From Candidatus Eiseniibacteriota bacterium (GTDB lineage: Bacteria; Eisenbacteria; RBG-16-71-46; SZUA-252): a DNA stretch of 64,000 nt. The notes under the pieces are model-generated. The model was not told the DNA's origin, searched no databases, and was given only the letters and a program-made list of their open reading frames with translations. Positions 36,513-46,489 of the stretch are shown here, piece by piece (position 1 is the first letter of the stretch; each line of letters begins with the position of its first letter). A program made the translations under genes and the position numbers. Where the stretch lies: assembly GCA_035716005.1 (NCBI GenBank), contig DASTKG010000097.1, forward strand, positions 4,202 through 68,201. The letters are read 5' to 3'.

Positions 36513-37426
36513 GCGCGCTCCCGGACGAGCCGCCTCCTCCGCCCCTCCGGACTCCCGAGCCGCACGAATTGACGGCGTCCGACGGCGGCCCGCTCCGCCT
36601 CGACTACTACGCGGCCGACGACGACGCCGCTCCGGGGTGCGGCGTCATCCTCTGCCACGGATTCCGCGGGTACAAGACGTGGGGCTTCCTCCCCTTCCTG
36701 GCGACGCGCCTCGCGGAGGAAGGAATTCCGGCGGCGGCGTTCGATTTCGCCTCCTCCGGAATCAGCGATCGCGACGGCACGTTCGGAGAGCCCGAGAGGT
36801 TCCGCCGCGGCACGTACGCCGGCGATCTGGCCGATCTCGCGCGCGTCTCGGATTGGATGGCGGCCCGGCTCGGCGGCGGCAAGGGGGTGAGACTCGGCCT
36901 CGCGGGACACAGCCGAGGGGGCGTGATCTCCATCCTCCACGCGGCGCGGGATCGCCGCGTCGGAGCGGTGGCCACGCTCGGCTCGCCGGCGCGAATCGGG
37001 GTCTGGCCCGACGCCTTCTGGGACGCGTGGCGGCGGGGCGAGTCGGCCGACGTCTACGACTTCAGGACGAAGCGGACGCTCCGGCTCGGACCGGAGCTCT
37101 TCCGGGACTGGAGCGAGAACGGGCCCCGCTACGGGACCGCGGCCGCACTGGCCACGCTGGCGGCGCCGCTCCTCGTGCTCCACGGCACGCGCGACGCGCT
37201 GGTTCCTCTCGCGGAGGCCAAGGAACTCGCCTCGTTCGGCCGCTCGACGTCGGTCGAGCTGAAGGTGATCGAGGGCGCCGGCCACTCGTTTCAGGCCGGA
37301 GACGAACTTCGCCGCACCCCGCCGGCCCTCCTCGACGCGATCGAGTCGGTGACGGCGTGGATGCGGCGATGGCTACAGCCGAATGAAATCGGGGACTACT
37401 TCTTCTCCGCCGGCGGGGGCGTGTAG
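36509..37426 (+). CDS. Alpha/beta hydrolase
   Basis: The GTG overlaps the mutT stop. CHGFRG, GHSRGG nucleophile elbow, HGTRDALVP and GAGHSF. Confidence 0.85.
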   Translation: MSALPDEPPPPPLRTPEPHELTASDGGPLRLDYYAADDDAAPGCGVILCHGFRGYKTWGFLPFLATRLAEEGIPAAAFDFASSGISDRDGTFGEPERFRRGTYAGDLADLARVSDWMAARLGGGKGVRLGLAGHSRGGVISILHAARDRRVGAVATLGSPARIGVWPDAFWDAWRRGESADVYDFRTKRTLRLGPELFRDWSENGPRYGTAAALATLAAPLLVLHGTRDALVPLAEAKELASFGRSTSVELKVIEGAGHSFQAGDELRRTPPALLDAIESVTAWMRRWLQPNEIGDYFFSAGGGV

Positions 37427-37998
37427 GCCTCGATCCCGATGGTGATGTCGACGTCGTCGCCGAGCATCATCCCGTTGTCGACCGTCTTGTTCCAGCTCAC
37501 GCCGAAGTCCTGCCGGTTGATCTTCGTCGTCGCCTCGAATCCCGCGCGCTGACCGCCGAGCGCGGGGCCGGCGCCGAGGAAGGTCACCGCCAGCGTGACC
37601 GGCTTCGTCACCCCGTGCATCGTGAGGTTCCCCTCCACCGAGAGCTTGTCTCCCTCGCCCTTCGTCACCTTCGTGCTCTGGAAGCTCATCGTCGGGAACT
37701 TGACCACGTCGAAGAAGTCGGCCGAGCGGAGATGATTGTCGCGCTTCTCCGTCTTCGTGTTGATCGAGGCGGGGTCGATGTCGACCTTCACGGACGCGGC
37801 CGTCGGATTGGCGGGATCGTATTCGATGGAGCCGGAGAACTTGTCGAAATTGCCGGGCACCTTGGAGAAGAAGTGGCGGACCGTGAACCCGATCGAGGAG
37901 TGATTGGGGTCGATCAGCCACGAGGTGGCGTGCGCGGCGCCGGCGAAGGCGAGAGCGGCGAAAACCAACGCGGCGGCGAGCAGCGACTTCGATCTCAT
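37396..37998 (-). CDS. YceI-like periplasmic lipid/polyisoprenoid-binding protein
   Basis: Signal peptide, WLIDPNHSSIGFTVRH, RDNHLRSADFFD, GNLTMHGVTKPV and INRQDFGV. Confidence 0.9.
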   Translation of the reverse strand: MRSKSLLAAALVFAALAFAGAAHATSWLIDPNHSSIGFTVRHFFSKVPGNFDKFSGSIEYDPANPTAASVKVDIDPASINTKTEKRDNHLRSADFFDVVKFPTMSFQSTKVTKGEGDKLSVEGNLTMHGVTKPVTLAVTFLGAGPALGGQRAGFEATTKINRQDFGVSWNKTVDNGMMLGDDVDITIGIEAYTPPPAEKK

Positions 37999-38080
37999 CG
38001 GATGACCTCCTGGGGATGGCCTGCGGGCTCCGGCCCGCGGGCCGGATAGATGGCGAGCTAGTCGTTGATTTTCCAAGGGG

Positions 38081-38109
38081 TTGAACGCTCGCGCGCGATT
38101 CCCTAGTAT
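38081..38109 (+). promoter_or_regulatory. Sigma70-type promoter of the trxB operon
   Basis: TTGAAC-N17-TAGTAT, about 105 bp upstream of the trxB ATG. Confidence 0.6.
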
Positions 38110-38215
38110 CCTTGAACCTAGCTTGGCTTTCGATGCCGGACTCCCCCTCCGCGATTCGGGGGGACCGGGCCGAGCCTCCTAGGCATCAAAACCCGAACCA
38201 GGAGCCTCCTGTTCC

Positions 38216-39184
38216 ATGTCCACCACCGATACACGTCAAGTGATTGTCCTCGGCTCGGGAGCCGCGGGCCTCACCGCCGCCATCTACGCGGCGCGGGCCA
38301 ATCTCATGCCCCTCCTCTTCGAGGGGGTCCAGCCGGGCGGACAGCTCACCATCACGAGCGAGGTCGAAAACTACCCCGGCTTCCGCGACGCCATCACCGG
38401 CCCGGTACTCATGGCCGACATGCGCGCCCAGGCGGAGCGATTCGGAACCGAGTTCGTGCAGGCCCAGGTCGAGTCGGTGAATCTGGAGAAGCGCCCGTTC
38501 GAGCTGACGGCCGACGGCAAGATCTTCCGCGCGCACGCCCTCATCGTCGCCACGGGGGCGTCCGCGAAGCTCCTTGGAATCCCGAGCGAGACGAAGCTGA
38601 TGGGGCACGGCGTCTCCGCGTGCGCCACCTGCGACGGCTTCTTCTTCCGCGGGAAGCGAGTCATGGTGGTCGGCGGCGGCGACACCGCGATGGAAGAGGC
38701 GACCTTCCTCACGAAGTTCGCGTCCCATGTCACCGTCGTCCACCGGCGTGGGGAACTCCGCGCGTCGAAGATCATGCAGGAGCGGGCGCGCGAGAACGCG
38801 AAGATCTCCTTCATCTGGAACGCCGAGATCGCGGAGATCCACGACGTCGCGAAGGGAACCGTGACGGGCGTCCGGCTTCGCGACACGACGAACGGGACCG
38901 AACGCGACGTGGAGATCGACGGCGTCTTCATGGGGATCGGCCACCAGCCGAACACGACGCTCTTCGAGGGGAAGCTGGAGCTCCATCCGAACGGCTACAT
39001 CAAGACCCACGACGGCATGAAGACGAGCGTCGAGGGCGTCTTCGCCGCGGGCGACGTCCAGGACTTCGTCTACCGCCAGGCGATCACCGCCGCGGGGAGC
39101 GGCTGCATGGCCGCCATCGACGCCGAGCGGTGGCTGGAGGCCCGGGCGCACGCCGCCGCGGCCGAGAAGGCGGCGAGCGCATGA
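38216..39184 (+). CDS. trxB: Thioredoxin-disulfide reductase
   Basis: GSGAAG, GGQL...[22 protein letters not shown] and GVFAAGDV. Confidence 0.95.
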   Translation: MSTTDTRQVIVLGSGAAGLTAAIYAARANLMPLLFEGVQPGGQLTITSEVENYPGFRDAITGPVLMADMRAQAERFGTEFVQAQVESVNLEKRPFELTADGKIFRAHALIVATGASAKLLGIPSETKLMGHGVSACATCDGFFFRGKRVMVVGGGDTAMEEATFLTKFASHVTVVHRRGELRASKIMQERARENAKISFIWNAEIAEIHDVAKGTVTGVRLRDTTNGTERDVEIDGVFMGIGHQPNTTLFEGKLELHPNGYIKTHDGMKTSVEGVFAAGDVQDFVYRQAITAAGSGCMAAIDAERWLEARAHAAAAEKAASA

Positions 39185-40875
39185 GCGATCAGCGCGACGT
39201 TCTCGAGGTCGACGTCCTCTTCGTCGGCGGCGGCCCCTCCGGGCTCGCCGGCGCGCTCCGCCTCACGCAGCTCATCGAGGCGCACAATCAGAAGGCGGCG
39301 TCCGGCGGCGGCGCGCCGCTCGGCGACGTGACGATCGCGGTTCTCGAGAAGGCCTCCGAGATCGGCGCGCACGGGATCTCCGGCTGCGTGATGGATCCGC
39401 GCGGACTGCGCGAGCTCCTGCCCGACTACCGCGAGAAGGGCGCCCCCATCGAGGCCGACGTCTCGAGCGACGATCTCTATCTCTTCTCCAAGGCGGGCCA
39501 GGTCCGCTTCCCCATCCTTCCGCCCCCGATGCAGAACCACGGCAACCACGTCATCTCGCTCGGCGCGCTGGAGAAGTGGCTCGGCGGCCTCGTCGAGGCG
39601 ACGGGCGCGTACGTCCTCCCCAACATGGCCGCCGTCGACGCCCTCTTCGAGGGGGAGCAGATGGTCGGCGTGAGGACCGGCGACAAGGGAGTCGACCGGC
39701 ACGGGAACCGGAAGCCGAACTTCGAGCCGGGCGCCGACGTCCGCGCCAAGGTCACGGTGCTGGCGGAGGGCGTGCGCGGCTCGCTCGCGAAGCGGCTGAA
39801 CCCGAAGCTTCGCCTCGACGAGGGGCGCGCGCCGCAGATCTACGCGACCGGCGTGAAGGAAGTCTGGCAGATGCCCGCCGGGCGCGTCCCGAAGGGGCGC
39901 GTCGTCCACACGATGGGCTTCCCGCTCGACAGCGAGACGTTCGGCGGCGGCTTCATCTACGGCATGGACGGCGACAAGTGGACGATCGGCTTCGTGACCG
40001 GACTCGACTACAGGAATCCGACCACCGACCCGCACGGCCTCTTCCAGGCGTTCAAGCGGCATCCTTTCGTCGCCGCTCTCCTCGAGGGCGGCACGATCCT
40101 CTCCTACGGCGCGAAGGCGATCCCCGAGGGAGGCTTCTATTCGATGCCGCGCCTCTCCTGGAACGGCGGCCTCCAGGTCGGCGACAGCGCGGCCTTCCTG
40201 AACGGACAGCGCCTGAAGGGCGTCCACCTCGCGATCAAGTCGGGAATGCTCGCGGCCGAGACCGCCTTCGAAGCGCTCCTCGCCGGCAAGTTCGACGCGG
40301 CGACGCTCGGCTCCTACGACGCCAAGGTGCGCGCCTCGTGGGCGTGGCAGGAGCTTCATGGAGTTCGGAATTTCCATCAGGGTTTCGAGCACGGGATGTG
40401 GATGGGGATGGTGAACACCGGCCTCCAGCTCGTCACGGGCGGTCGCGGGCTGGGCGAGCGCCCGACCTGGCATGCCGGCCACGAGCGGATGCGAACGCTG
40501 AAGGCGGCGGGCGTCGCGCCGATCTCGCTGGAGGAGACGCAGCGCCGCTACGACAACGAGCGCACCTTCACGAAGGTGAACGACGTCTTCCATTCGGGCA
40601 CGAAGCACGACGAGGACCAGCCGTCGCATCTCCTCGTCTCCGACACCTCGATCTGCGCCACGCGCTGCCGCGAGGAGTACGGGAATCCCTGCCAGCACTT
40701 CTGCCCCGCCAACGTCTACGAGATGGTTCCGGACGGCGACCGCGGCGCCGTGAAGCTGAAACTGAATCCGTCGAACTGCGTCCACTGCAAGACGTGCGAC
40801 ATCGCCGATCCGTACCAGATCATCACCTGGGTCCCGCCGGAGGGAGGCGGCGGCCCGAACTACGTCCATCTGTGA
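39181..40875 (+). CDS. Electron transfer flavoprotein-ubiquinone oxidoreductase
   Basis: [34 protein letters not shown]-terminal [11 protein letters not shown]...[10 protein letters not shown] and [12 protein letters not shown]. Confidence 0.92.
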   Translation: MSDQRDVLEVDVLFVGGGPSGLAGALRLTQLIEAHNQKAASGGGAPLGDVTIAVLEKASEIGAHGISGCVMDPRGLRELLPDYREKGAPIEADVSSDDLYLFSKAGQVRFPILPPPMQNHGNHVISLGALEKWLGGLVEATGAYVLPNMAAVDALFEGEQMVGVRTGDKGVDRHGNRKPNFEPGADVRAKVTVLAEGVRGSLAKRLNPKLRLDEGRAPQIYATGVKEVWQMPAGRVPKGRVVHTMGFPLDSETFGGGFIYGMDGDKWTIGFVTGLDYRNPTTDPHGLFQAFKRHPFVAALLEGGTILSYGAKAIPEGGFYSMPRLSWNGGLQVGDSAAFLNGQRLKGVHLAIKSGMLAAETAFEALLAGKFDAATLGSYDAKVRASWAWQELHGVRNFHQGFEHGMWMGMVNTGLQLVTGGRGLGERPTWHAGHERMRTLKAAGVAPISLEETQRRYDNERTFTKVNDVFHSGTKHDEDQPSHLLVSDTSICATRCREEYGNPCQHFCPANVYEMVPDGDRGAVKLKLNPSNCVHCKTCDIADPYQIITWVPPEGGGGPNYVHL

Positions 40876-41582
40876 GCCCGGCCCGGGCCGGGGCGGTCGG
40901 GACGGGGGCCGGAGCCCGTCTCCGAGGCATTTCCAAGACCTATCCCGCCGCCGGCGAGGACGTCCACGCTCTCCGCGACATCGACCTCGACGTCGCCCCC
41001 GGTGAGATCGTCGCCCTCCTCGGGCGAAGCGGCTCCGGGAAGACGACGCTCCTCAACATCCTCGGCACCCTCGATCGCCCCACGTCGGGCTCGATCGAGA
41101 TCGCCGGACGGAGGGTCGACGGACTCGACGAGAGCGAGCTCCTGCGCCTGAGGCGCGAGTCGCTCGGCTTCGTCTTCCAGTTCTTTCATCTCCTTCCCTA
41201 TCTGAGCGCGCTCGAGAACGCGGTCCTTCCGCTCTGGCTGGCCGGCCATCACGGGCCCGAGGCCGCGCTGCGGGCCCGGGAGCTCCTCGCGCGGGTCGGA
41301 CTCTCCGACAAGGCCGACCGCCCGGCCGGACGCCTCTCGGGGGGCGAGATGCAGCGAGTGGCCGTGGCCCGCGCGCTCGTGAACGAGCCGGCCCTGATCC
41401 TCGCGGACGAGCCGACGGGAAATCTCGACCAGGCGAACGCGGAGACGGTCCTCGACCTCCTCCGAGGGCTCGTGCGCGAGCAGGGGGTCACGCTCGTTCT
41501 CGCCACCCACAGCGAGGCCGCCGCCGCGAGCGCCGACCGCCGCGTCCGCCTCCTCGACGGCCGCATCGTGGGAATCGACTAG
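40872..41582 (+). CDS. ABC transporter ATP-binding protein (LolD/MacB-like, AttE-like)
   Basis: The GTG overlaps the ETF-QO stop. GRSGSGKT, LSGGEMQRVAVARA and LADEPTGNLD. Confidence 0.88.
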   Translation: MSPARAGAVGTGAGARLRGISKTYPAAGEDVHALRDIDLDVAPGEIVALLGRSGSGKTTLLNILGTLDRPTSGSIEIAGRRVDGLDESELLRLRRESLGFVFQFFHLLPYLSALENAVLPLWLAGHHGPEAALRARELLARVGLSDKADRPAGRLSGGEMQRVAVARALVNEPALILADEPTGNLDQANAETVLDLLRGLVREQGVTLVLATHSEAAAASADRRVRLLDGRIVGID

Positions 41583-41594
41583 GCCGCCCGCCCC

Positions 41595-44177
41595 GTGACG
41601 GGAACGATCCGAGCCCTCGGCTTCCGGCCGCTCCGCCGGCACGTGGGGCGAACGCTCGTCACGCTCCTCGGCGTGGCCGCCGGCGTGGCGGTCTCGATCG
41701 GCATCGATCTCGCCGCGCAGGCCTCCATTCGCTCCTTCTCGGAGTCGGCTCGGGCCGTGGCCGGACGCGCCGCCCTGCGCGTCCATCACCGTCCCCTCCC
41801 GCTCCCCGAGTCGACCCTCGTGGCGCTCGCTCCCTTCCAGACGCGGGCGCTCCTCCTGCCGACGCTCGAGGCGGTGGCGCGTGCCCACGGCCCGACCGGA
41901 CCGGCGTTCTCGATCCTGGGAGTCGATCTCCTCGGCGACCCGCGCTTCGCTCCCGAGCGGAGCGCGCCCCCCGACCTCGCGCGGGCGAGATCCCTCTTCG
42001 ACGGCGGGACCCTCTTCATCCCCGAGGGGCTCGCCGCGCGATTGCGGGCGTCGGCGCCCGCGGGCGCGGCGTCGGGATCGTCCGACTCGATCGACGTCAT
42101 CGTCGGAACGAGGCGCCATCGGTTTCGGATCGCCACGATCCCCGTCGCCCCCTCCGATCGGGCCCTCTCCGCCTCGGCGGGCGCCGCGTTCCTCGACATC
42201 GCGCCGTTCCAGGAGCGCTTCGGCCGCCGCGGCGAGCTCGACTGGATCGACATCGAAGCGCGAGCGGGCGTGGACCGGGCGAAGCTGCGCGCCGACATCG
42301 CGGCGCTCCTCGGCGCCGATCTCCGCGTGGAACCGCCCGAGGAGCGCGCGCTCCAGATGGAGCGGATGCTCGACTCCTACCGGCGGAACCTCCGCGCCCT
42401 CACGCTCGTCTCCCTCATCGTCGGCGTGCTTCTCGCGTACAACGCCCTCCTCTCCTCGGTCCTCCAGCGCCGCGGCGAGATCTCGCTCCTTCGCGCGCTC
42501 GGAATCCCGGGGCCGCTTCTCGCGATCGTCTTCGGGATCGAGGCCCTCGCGGTCGGGCTCGCCGGCGGCATCGGCGGCACGCTCCTCGGCCTCCTCCTCG
42601 CGCGGGGCTCGCTCGGCGTCGTGAGCCGGACGGTGAGCGAGCTCTACGGCCGCATCACGCCGGGGGCGGCGACCCTCACCGCCGAACACTGGATCGCCGG
42701 CATGTCGCTCGGACTCGGCGCCGCCCTTCTCGCCGCGGCCGGTCCTCTGCGCGAGGCGATGCGGATCCGCCCGCTCGAATTCCTGCGCGAGGAGCATCCC
42801 GGCGCGCCCCTCGCGCGCGTCTCGTCGCGCCGGCTCCTCGCCGCCGCGGCGGCGGTCGCGGTGGCCCTCTACGTCCTCTGGCGCCCCACGGGAATCGGCG
42901 CCGGCGTTCGCGGCTACGTCGGCGCGGGCGCCGCGCTCCTCGCGGGCTCTCTCCTCGCCGAGCCGTTCTTCACGTTCCTGACGCATCGCCTTCGCCCCCT
43001 CTTCCAGCGCCTCGCGCCCCCGGCGGGCCGGATCGCGTGGGCCACGGCGCTCGCCGCCCGCCGGCGACTCGGCGTTGCCGTGGCCGCGCTTCTCCTCGCC
43101 TACGCCATCGTCTGGGGGATGGCCTCGCTCGTGAAATCGTTCCGCGTCACCGTCGACACGTGGGCCGGCTCCACGCTCCGGGCCGATCTCTGGGTCACGC
43201 CGCAGAGCCGGGCGGGGAGCCCCACCGAGGGAACGATGCCGGCGGCCTGGCGGCCGCGCCTCGCCGCGCTGCCCGAGGTGGCCGACGTCGACGCCTTTCG
43301 CGTCCGCGAGACGCTCCTCGACGGCGAGATCGCCTTCCTCGGAGCGGGCGAGACGAGCGTCCTCGCGAAGCACGGCTATCTCCCGCTCGCCGACGGCTCC
43401 GATCCGAGGCCTCGTCTCGCCGCGATGCGGGGAGGGCGGCACGCCTTCGTCTCGGAGCCGCTCGCCCGCCGGCGCGGTCTCGCCGTGGGCGATTCCGTGG
43501 CGCTCGACTCGCCGACGGGACGGCATCGCTACGAGATCCTCGCCGTCTACCGCGACTACGCCTCCGACCGGGGCTACGTCGTGCTCGATCGCGAAACCTA
43601 TCTCGCCGACTTCCGCGACTCGCTCGTCAGCACGTACGCCCTCTACCTCCACCCCGGCGTCACGCCCGAGCGCGGCGCGGCCGCCGTCTCCGCCCTCCTC
43701 GGCCCGGAGGAGTACGTCCGGCTCACCGACACGCGGACGATCCGGCGCGAGGTCCAGCGGGTGCTCCGCAACACCTTCGCCGTGACCGACGCGCTCGAGA
43801 TCGTGGCGATGGTGGTGGCGCTCCTCTCGGTGCTCGGAACGCTGGCGGCCCTGGTCCTCGAGCGCACGAGGGAGATCGGCGTGCTCCGCGCGATCGGAGC
43901 GAGCCGCGGCCAGGTGACGGCGGCGCTCCTCCTCGAAGGGGCGCTCCTCGCCGCCGCGGGGCTCCTCCTCGGCGCCTTGACCGGGATTCTCCTGAGCGCC
44001 GTGCTCGTCTACGTCGTGAATCGCGAGTCGTTCGGCTGGACGCTCGCCCTCGCCACGCCGTGGCGGCACACGCTCTTCTTCGCCCTCGTCCTCTTCGCGG
44101 CCGCGCTCCTCGCGGCGGTGCCGCCCGCGCGCCGCGCGGCCTCGGTCCCGCCCCGGGAGGCGATGTCCCGTGCGTAG
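41595..44177 (+). CDS. FtsX/MacB-like ABC permease with duplicated halves (AttFG-like)
   Basis: Two MacB-like periplasmic domains and two FtsX-like TM blocks (QRRGEISLLRALG; ERTREIGVLRAIGAS). Confidence 0.85.
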   Translation: MTGTIRALGFRPLRRHVGRTLVTLLGVAAGVAVSIGIDLAAQASIRSFSESARAVAGRAALRVHHRPLPLPESTLVALAPFQTRALLLPTLEAVARAHGPTGPAFSILGVDLLGDPRFAPERSAPPDLARARSLFDGGTLFIPEGLAARLRASAPAGAASGSSDSIDVIVGTRRHRFRIATIPVAPSDRALSASAGAAFLDIAPFQERFGRRGELDWIDIEARAGVDRAKLRADIAALLGADLRVEPPEERALQMERMLDSYRRNLRALTLVSLIVGVLLAYNALLSSVLQRRGEISLLRALGIPGPLLAIVFGIEALAVGLAGGIGGTLLGLLLARGSLGVVSRTVSELYGRITPGAATLTAEHWIAGMSLGLGAALLAAAGPLREAMRIRPLEFLREEHPGAPLARVSSRRLLAAAAAVAVALYVLWRPTGIGAGVRGYVGAGAALLAGSLLAEPFFTFLTHRLRPLFQRLAPPAGRIAWATALAARRRLGVAVAALLLAYAIVWGMASLVKSFRVTVDTWAGSTLRADLWVTPQSRAGSPTEGTMPAAWRPRLAALPEVADVDAFRVRETLLDGEIAFLGAGETSVLAKHGYLPLADGSDPRPRLAAMRGGRHAFVSEPLARRRGLAVGDSVALDSPTGRHRYEILAVYRDYASDRGYVVLDRETYLADFRDSLVSTYALYLHPGVTPERGAAAVSALLGPEEYVRLTDTRTIRREVQRVLRNTFAVTDALEIVAMVVALLSVLGTLAALVLERTREIGVLRAIGASRGQVTAALLLEGALLAAAGLLLGALTGILLSAVLVYVVNRESFGWTLALATPWRHTLFFALVLFAAALLAAVPPARRAASVPPREAMSRA

Positions 44178-45378
44178 CCGCGTCGCCGCCCTCGGCGCGT
44201 GGCCGGCGCTTCGCGGCGCGCTCCTGATCGCCGCGCTCCTCGGCGCGGCGGGGGCCGGAGTTCCGCCGCGCCGCATCGATTCCGACCGCGATCCCGGCGT
44301 GATCTCCTTCCCTCGCGCCCTGGGGGCGCATCCCGACGCGGCGCTCGAATGGTGGTATGTCACGGCGATCCTCCGCGACGACGACGGGCGAACGCTCGGC
44401 GCGCAGTGGACTCTCTTCCGCGTCCGGCTCGACCGGCTCGGCGGCGGCGCGCCGGCGACCGGCGCCGCTCCCGCGGCGGGCGGCGCGCCCTCCGCCTGGC
44501 GGCCCGGCGATCTCTACTTCGCGCACGTCGCCATCGGCGATTCCGCGTCCCATTCCTTCGGCGTGGCGGAGCGCGTCGGCCGCACGGGGATCGCCATCGC
44601 CGGCGCGGACACGGCCGATCTCGACGTCCGGATTCGCGACTGGTTCCTCCGCCGCGGGAGCGACGGGCGTTTTCGCCTGCGCGGCGCGAACGACGAGAGA
44701 ACGCTCGAACTCACCCTCACGCCGTCGCGGCCCCGCCCCGTGGCGTGGGGCCCGGCCTTCCGCAGCGCGAAGAGCCCCGACCCGCGCTACTTCTCTCGCT
44801 ATCAGACCGACCCGTGGATGCGCGCCGAGGGGACGATCTCCCCCGGGCCGGGAGCGGGGCGGCCCGTTCGGGGGACGGCATGGTTCGACCACGAATGGAG
44901 CGACGGCGCCTTCGACAGCGCGGTCGTCGGGTGGGACTGGCTCGGCGCGCGGCTCGGGGACGGGCGCGCCGTGATGCTCTACCGGCTTCGGGACGCCCGC
45001 GGCGGCACGCGGCACTTCTTCGGCGGCATCGTGGAACGCGACGGCCGCGTCATCCCCGTCGGCCCGGGCCAGGCGCGATGGAGCCCTCTCCGCGAATGGC
45101 GGAGCCCCAGAACCGAGGCGCGCTATCCCGTGGCCTGGCGCATTCTCCTCGAGCCGCCCGGGGCGGCGCGCATGACGCTCGATTTCGGCGCCTCGTTCGA
45201 CGCCCAGGAGCTCGTCACGGACAAGAGCACGCGCGTCACGTACTGGGAAGGGATGGTGAGCGGGACGGCGGAGGAAGAGGGAGCGCGGACGCCCCTCGAG
45301 GGCTACCTGGAATTGACGGGATACGCCGGAGGCGGCGTGCCGGGACGGATCAGTAGCGGGGAACCGACGGGTCGATGA
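44170..45378 (+). CDS. Secreted lipocalin-like / CrtC-AttH family hydrolase
   Basis: FPRALGAHP...EWWYVT, GTAWFDHEW, GWDWLG, YPVAW, DAQEL, YWEG and GYLELTGY. Confidence 0.82.
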   Translation: MRSRVAALGAWPALRGALLIAALLGAAGAGVPPRRIDSDRDPGVISFPRALGAHPDAALEWWYVTAILRDDDGRTLGAQWTLFRVRLDRLGGGAPATGAAPAAGGAPSAWRPGDLYFAHVAIGDSASHSFGVAERVGRTGIAIAGADTADLDVRIRDWFLRRGSDGRFRLRGANDERTLELTLTPSRPRPVAWGPAFRSAKSPDPRYFSRYQTDPWMRAEGTISPGPGAGRPVRGTAWFDHEWSDGAFDSAVVGWDWLGARLGDGRAVMLYRLRDARGGTRHFFGGIVERDGRVIPVGPGQARWSPLREWRSPRTEARYPVAWRILLEPPGAARMTLDFGASFDAQELVTDKSTRVTYWEGMVSGTAEEEGARTPLEGYLELTGYAGGGVPGRISSGEPTGR

Positions 45379-45685
45379 GCTCGGACCAGGCGTCGATGCC
45401 GCCCGTGAGATTCCGCACCTTGCGGTAGCCGGCGTTCCAGAGAACGAGGCAGGCGTCGACGCTCCGCTCGCCGACGTGGCAGTAGACGATCACTTCCCTC
45501 GAAGGCTCGAGCTCGCCGAGGCGCGACTCCAGCTCGCCGAGCGGGATGTGGATGGCGCCGTCGAGATGGGCGCGCTCCCACTCCCAGTCCTCGCGCACGT
45601 CGAGGAGGACGAAGTCCTCCCCCGCGTCCGCCATCTCGCGCACCAGTTCGGGCGAAATTTCGAGCTCGTCGAGGTGATCGCGCAC
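45350..45685 (-). CDS. Single-domain rhodanese (MoeZ C-terminal-like)
   Basis: LLDVREDWEW...HIPLGEL...YCHVGERS...NLTGGIDAWS...DPSVPRY. Confidence 0.85.
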   Translation of the reverse strand: MRDHLDELEISPELVREMADAGEDFVLLDVREDWEWERAHLDGAIHIPLGELESRLGELEPSREVIVYCHVGERSVDACLVLWNAGYRKVRNLTGGIDAWSELIDPSVPRY

Positions 45686-45692
45686 GGGCTTC

Positions 45693-45791
45693 CTACTCTC
45701 CGCTCAGGGAGCGCTCGCGCGAGGCGGTGGCGAGCGCCCAGAGGATCCAGATCACGACGGTGACGATGTAGGAGATGATGGCGTAGATCAC
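45693..45791 (-). CDS. ccmD: CcmD-like small membrane protein (32 aa)
   Basis: The GTG overlaps the ccmC stop (GTGA). MIYAIISYIVTVVIWILWALATASRERSLSGE is one TM helix plus a charged tail, in the canonical position after ccmC. Confidence 0.6.
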   Translation of the reverse strand: MIYAIISYIVTVVIWILWALATASRERSLSGE

Positions 45792-46489
45792 GCCTGCCTC
45801 CTCCCTTCCGACGGGGCCGGAAGGGCCGGGTCGGCGAGGGCGCGCGCCTCCGCGCGCCACTCGAGGCGCAGCCGCTGGAGGAGCGCCGCCGCGTAGAAGA
45901 CCATCCACGCCGCCATGCCCACGAGAAGCGTGATCCTCATCTCGGGGACCATGGTGACGTTCTTCGGGTGGAGCGATCCGCGCCACCATTCGATCGACTT
46001 CCAGACGATCGGCAGGTTCACGAAGAAGACGATCCCCATGACCGACGAGATCGTCCGCCGCGACTCGGAACGAAGCGACGCCCGCACCACGTGGTAGCCG
46101 GCGTAGAGAATCCAGAGGATGAGGAAGGTGGTGAGCCTCGGCTCCCACGTCCACCAGGTGTTCCAGGCCGAGCGGGCCCAGAGCGGCCCGGTGATCATCA
46201 CGACGGTCGCGAAGACCATCCCGATCTCGCACGAGGCCGCGGCCAGCCCGTCCCAGCGCCAGTCCTTCGTCGCCAGGTAGGCGATGCTCGCCGCGAAGGT
46301 GACGCCGAAGGCGATGAGTGTGGCGATGGCGCTCGGCACGTGCACGTAGACGATCTTCTGGACCGGCCCCATCTGCACCTCGATCGGCGCGCGGCTCGCC
46401 ATCCAGAACGAGATCGCCACCAGCGCGAGGGACGCGGCCCACAGCGCCTTGCCGACCCCGTTCCACCATCGCGGAATCGTCGGATTCAC
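45788..46489 (-). CDS. ccmC: Heme exporter / cytochrome c maturation protein C
   Basis: IVYVHVPSA, WWD motif WARSAWNTWWTWEPRLT and WW..LHP. The GTG overlaps the ccmB stop. Confidence 0.9.
   Translation of the reverse strand: MNPTIPRWWNGVGKALWAASLALVAISFWMASRAPIEVQMGPVQKIVYVHVPSAIATLIAFGVTFAASIAYLATKDWRWDGLAAASCEIGMVFATVVMITGPLWARSAWNTWWTWEPRLTTFLILWILYAGYHVVRASLRSESRRTISSVMGIVFFVNLPIVWKSIEWWRGSLHPKNVTMVPEMRITLLVGMAAWMVFYAAALLQRLRLEWRAEARALADPALPAPSEGRRQA

Noticed and set aside
37396-37426. Convergent 3' overlaps (hydrolase/YceI 31 bp; lipocalin/rhodanese 29 bp at 45350-45378)
   Set aside because: Short tail-to-tail overlaps are common in compact GC-rich genomes, and there is no sign of function.
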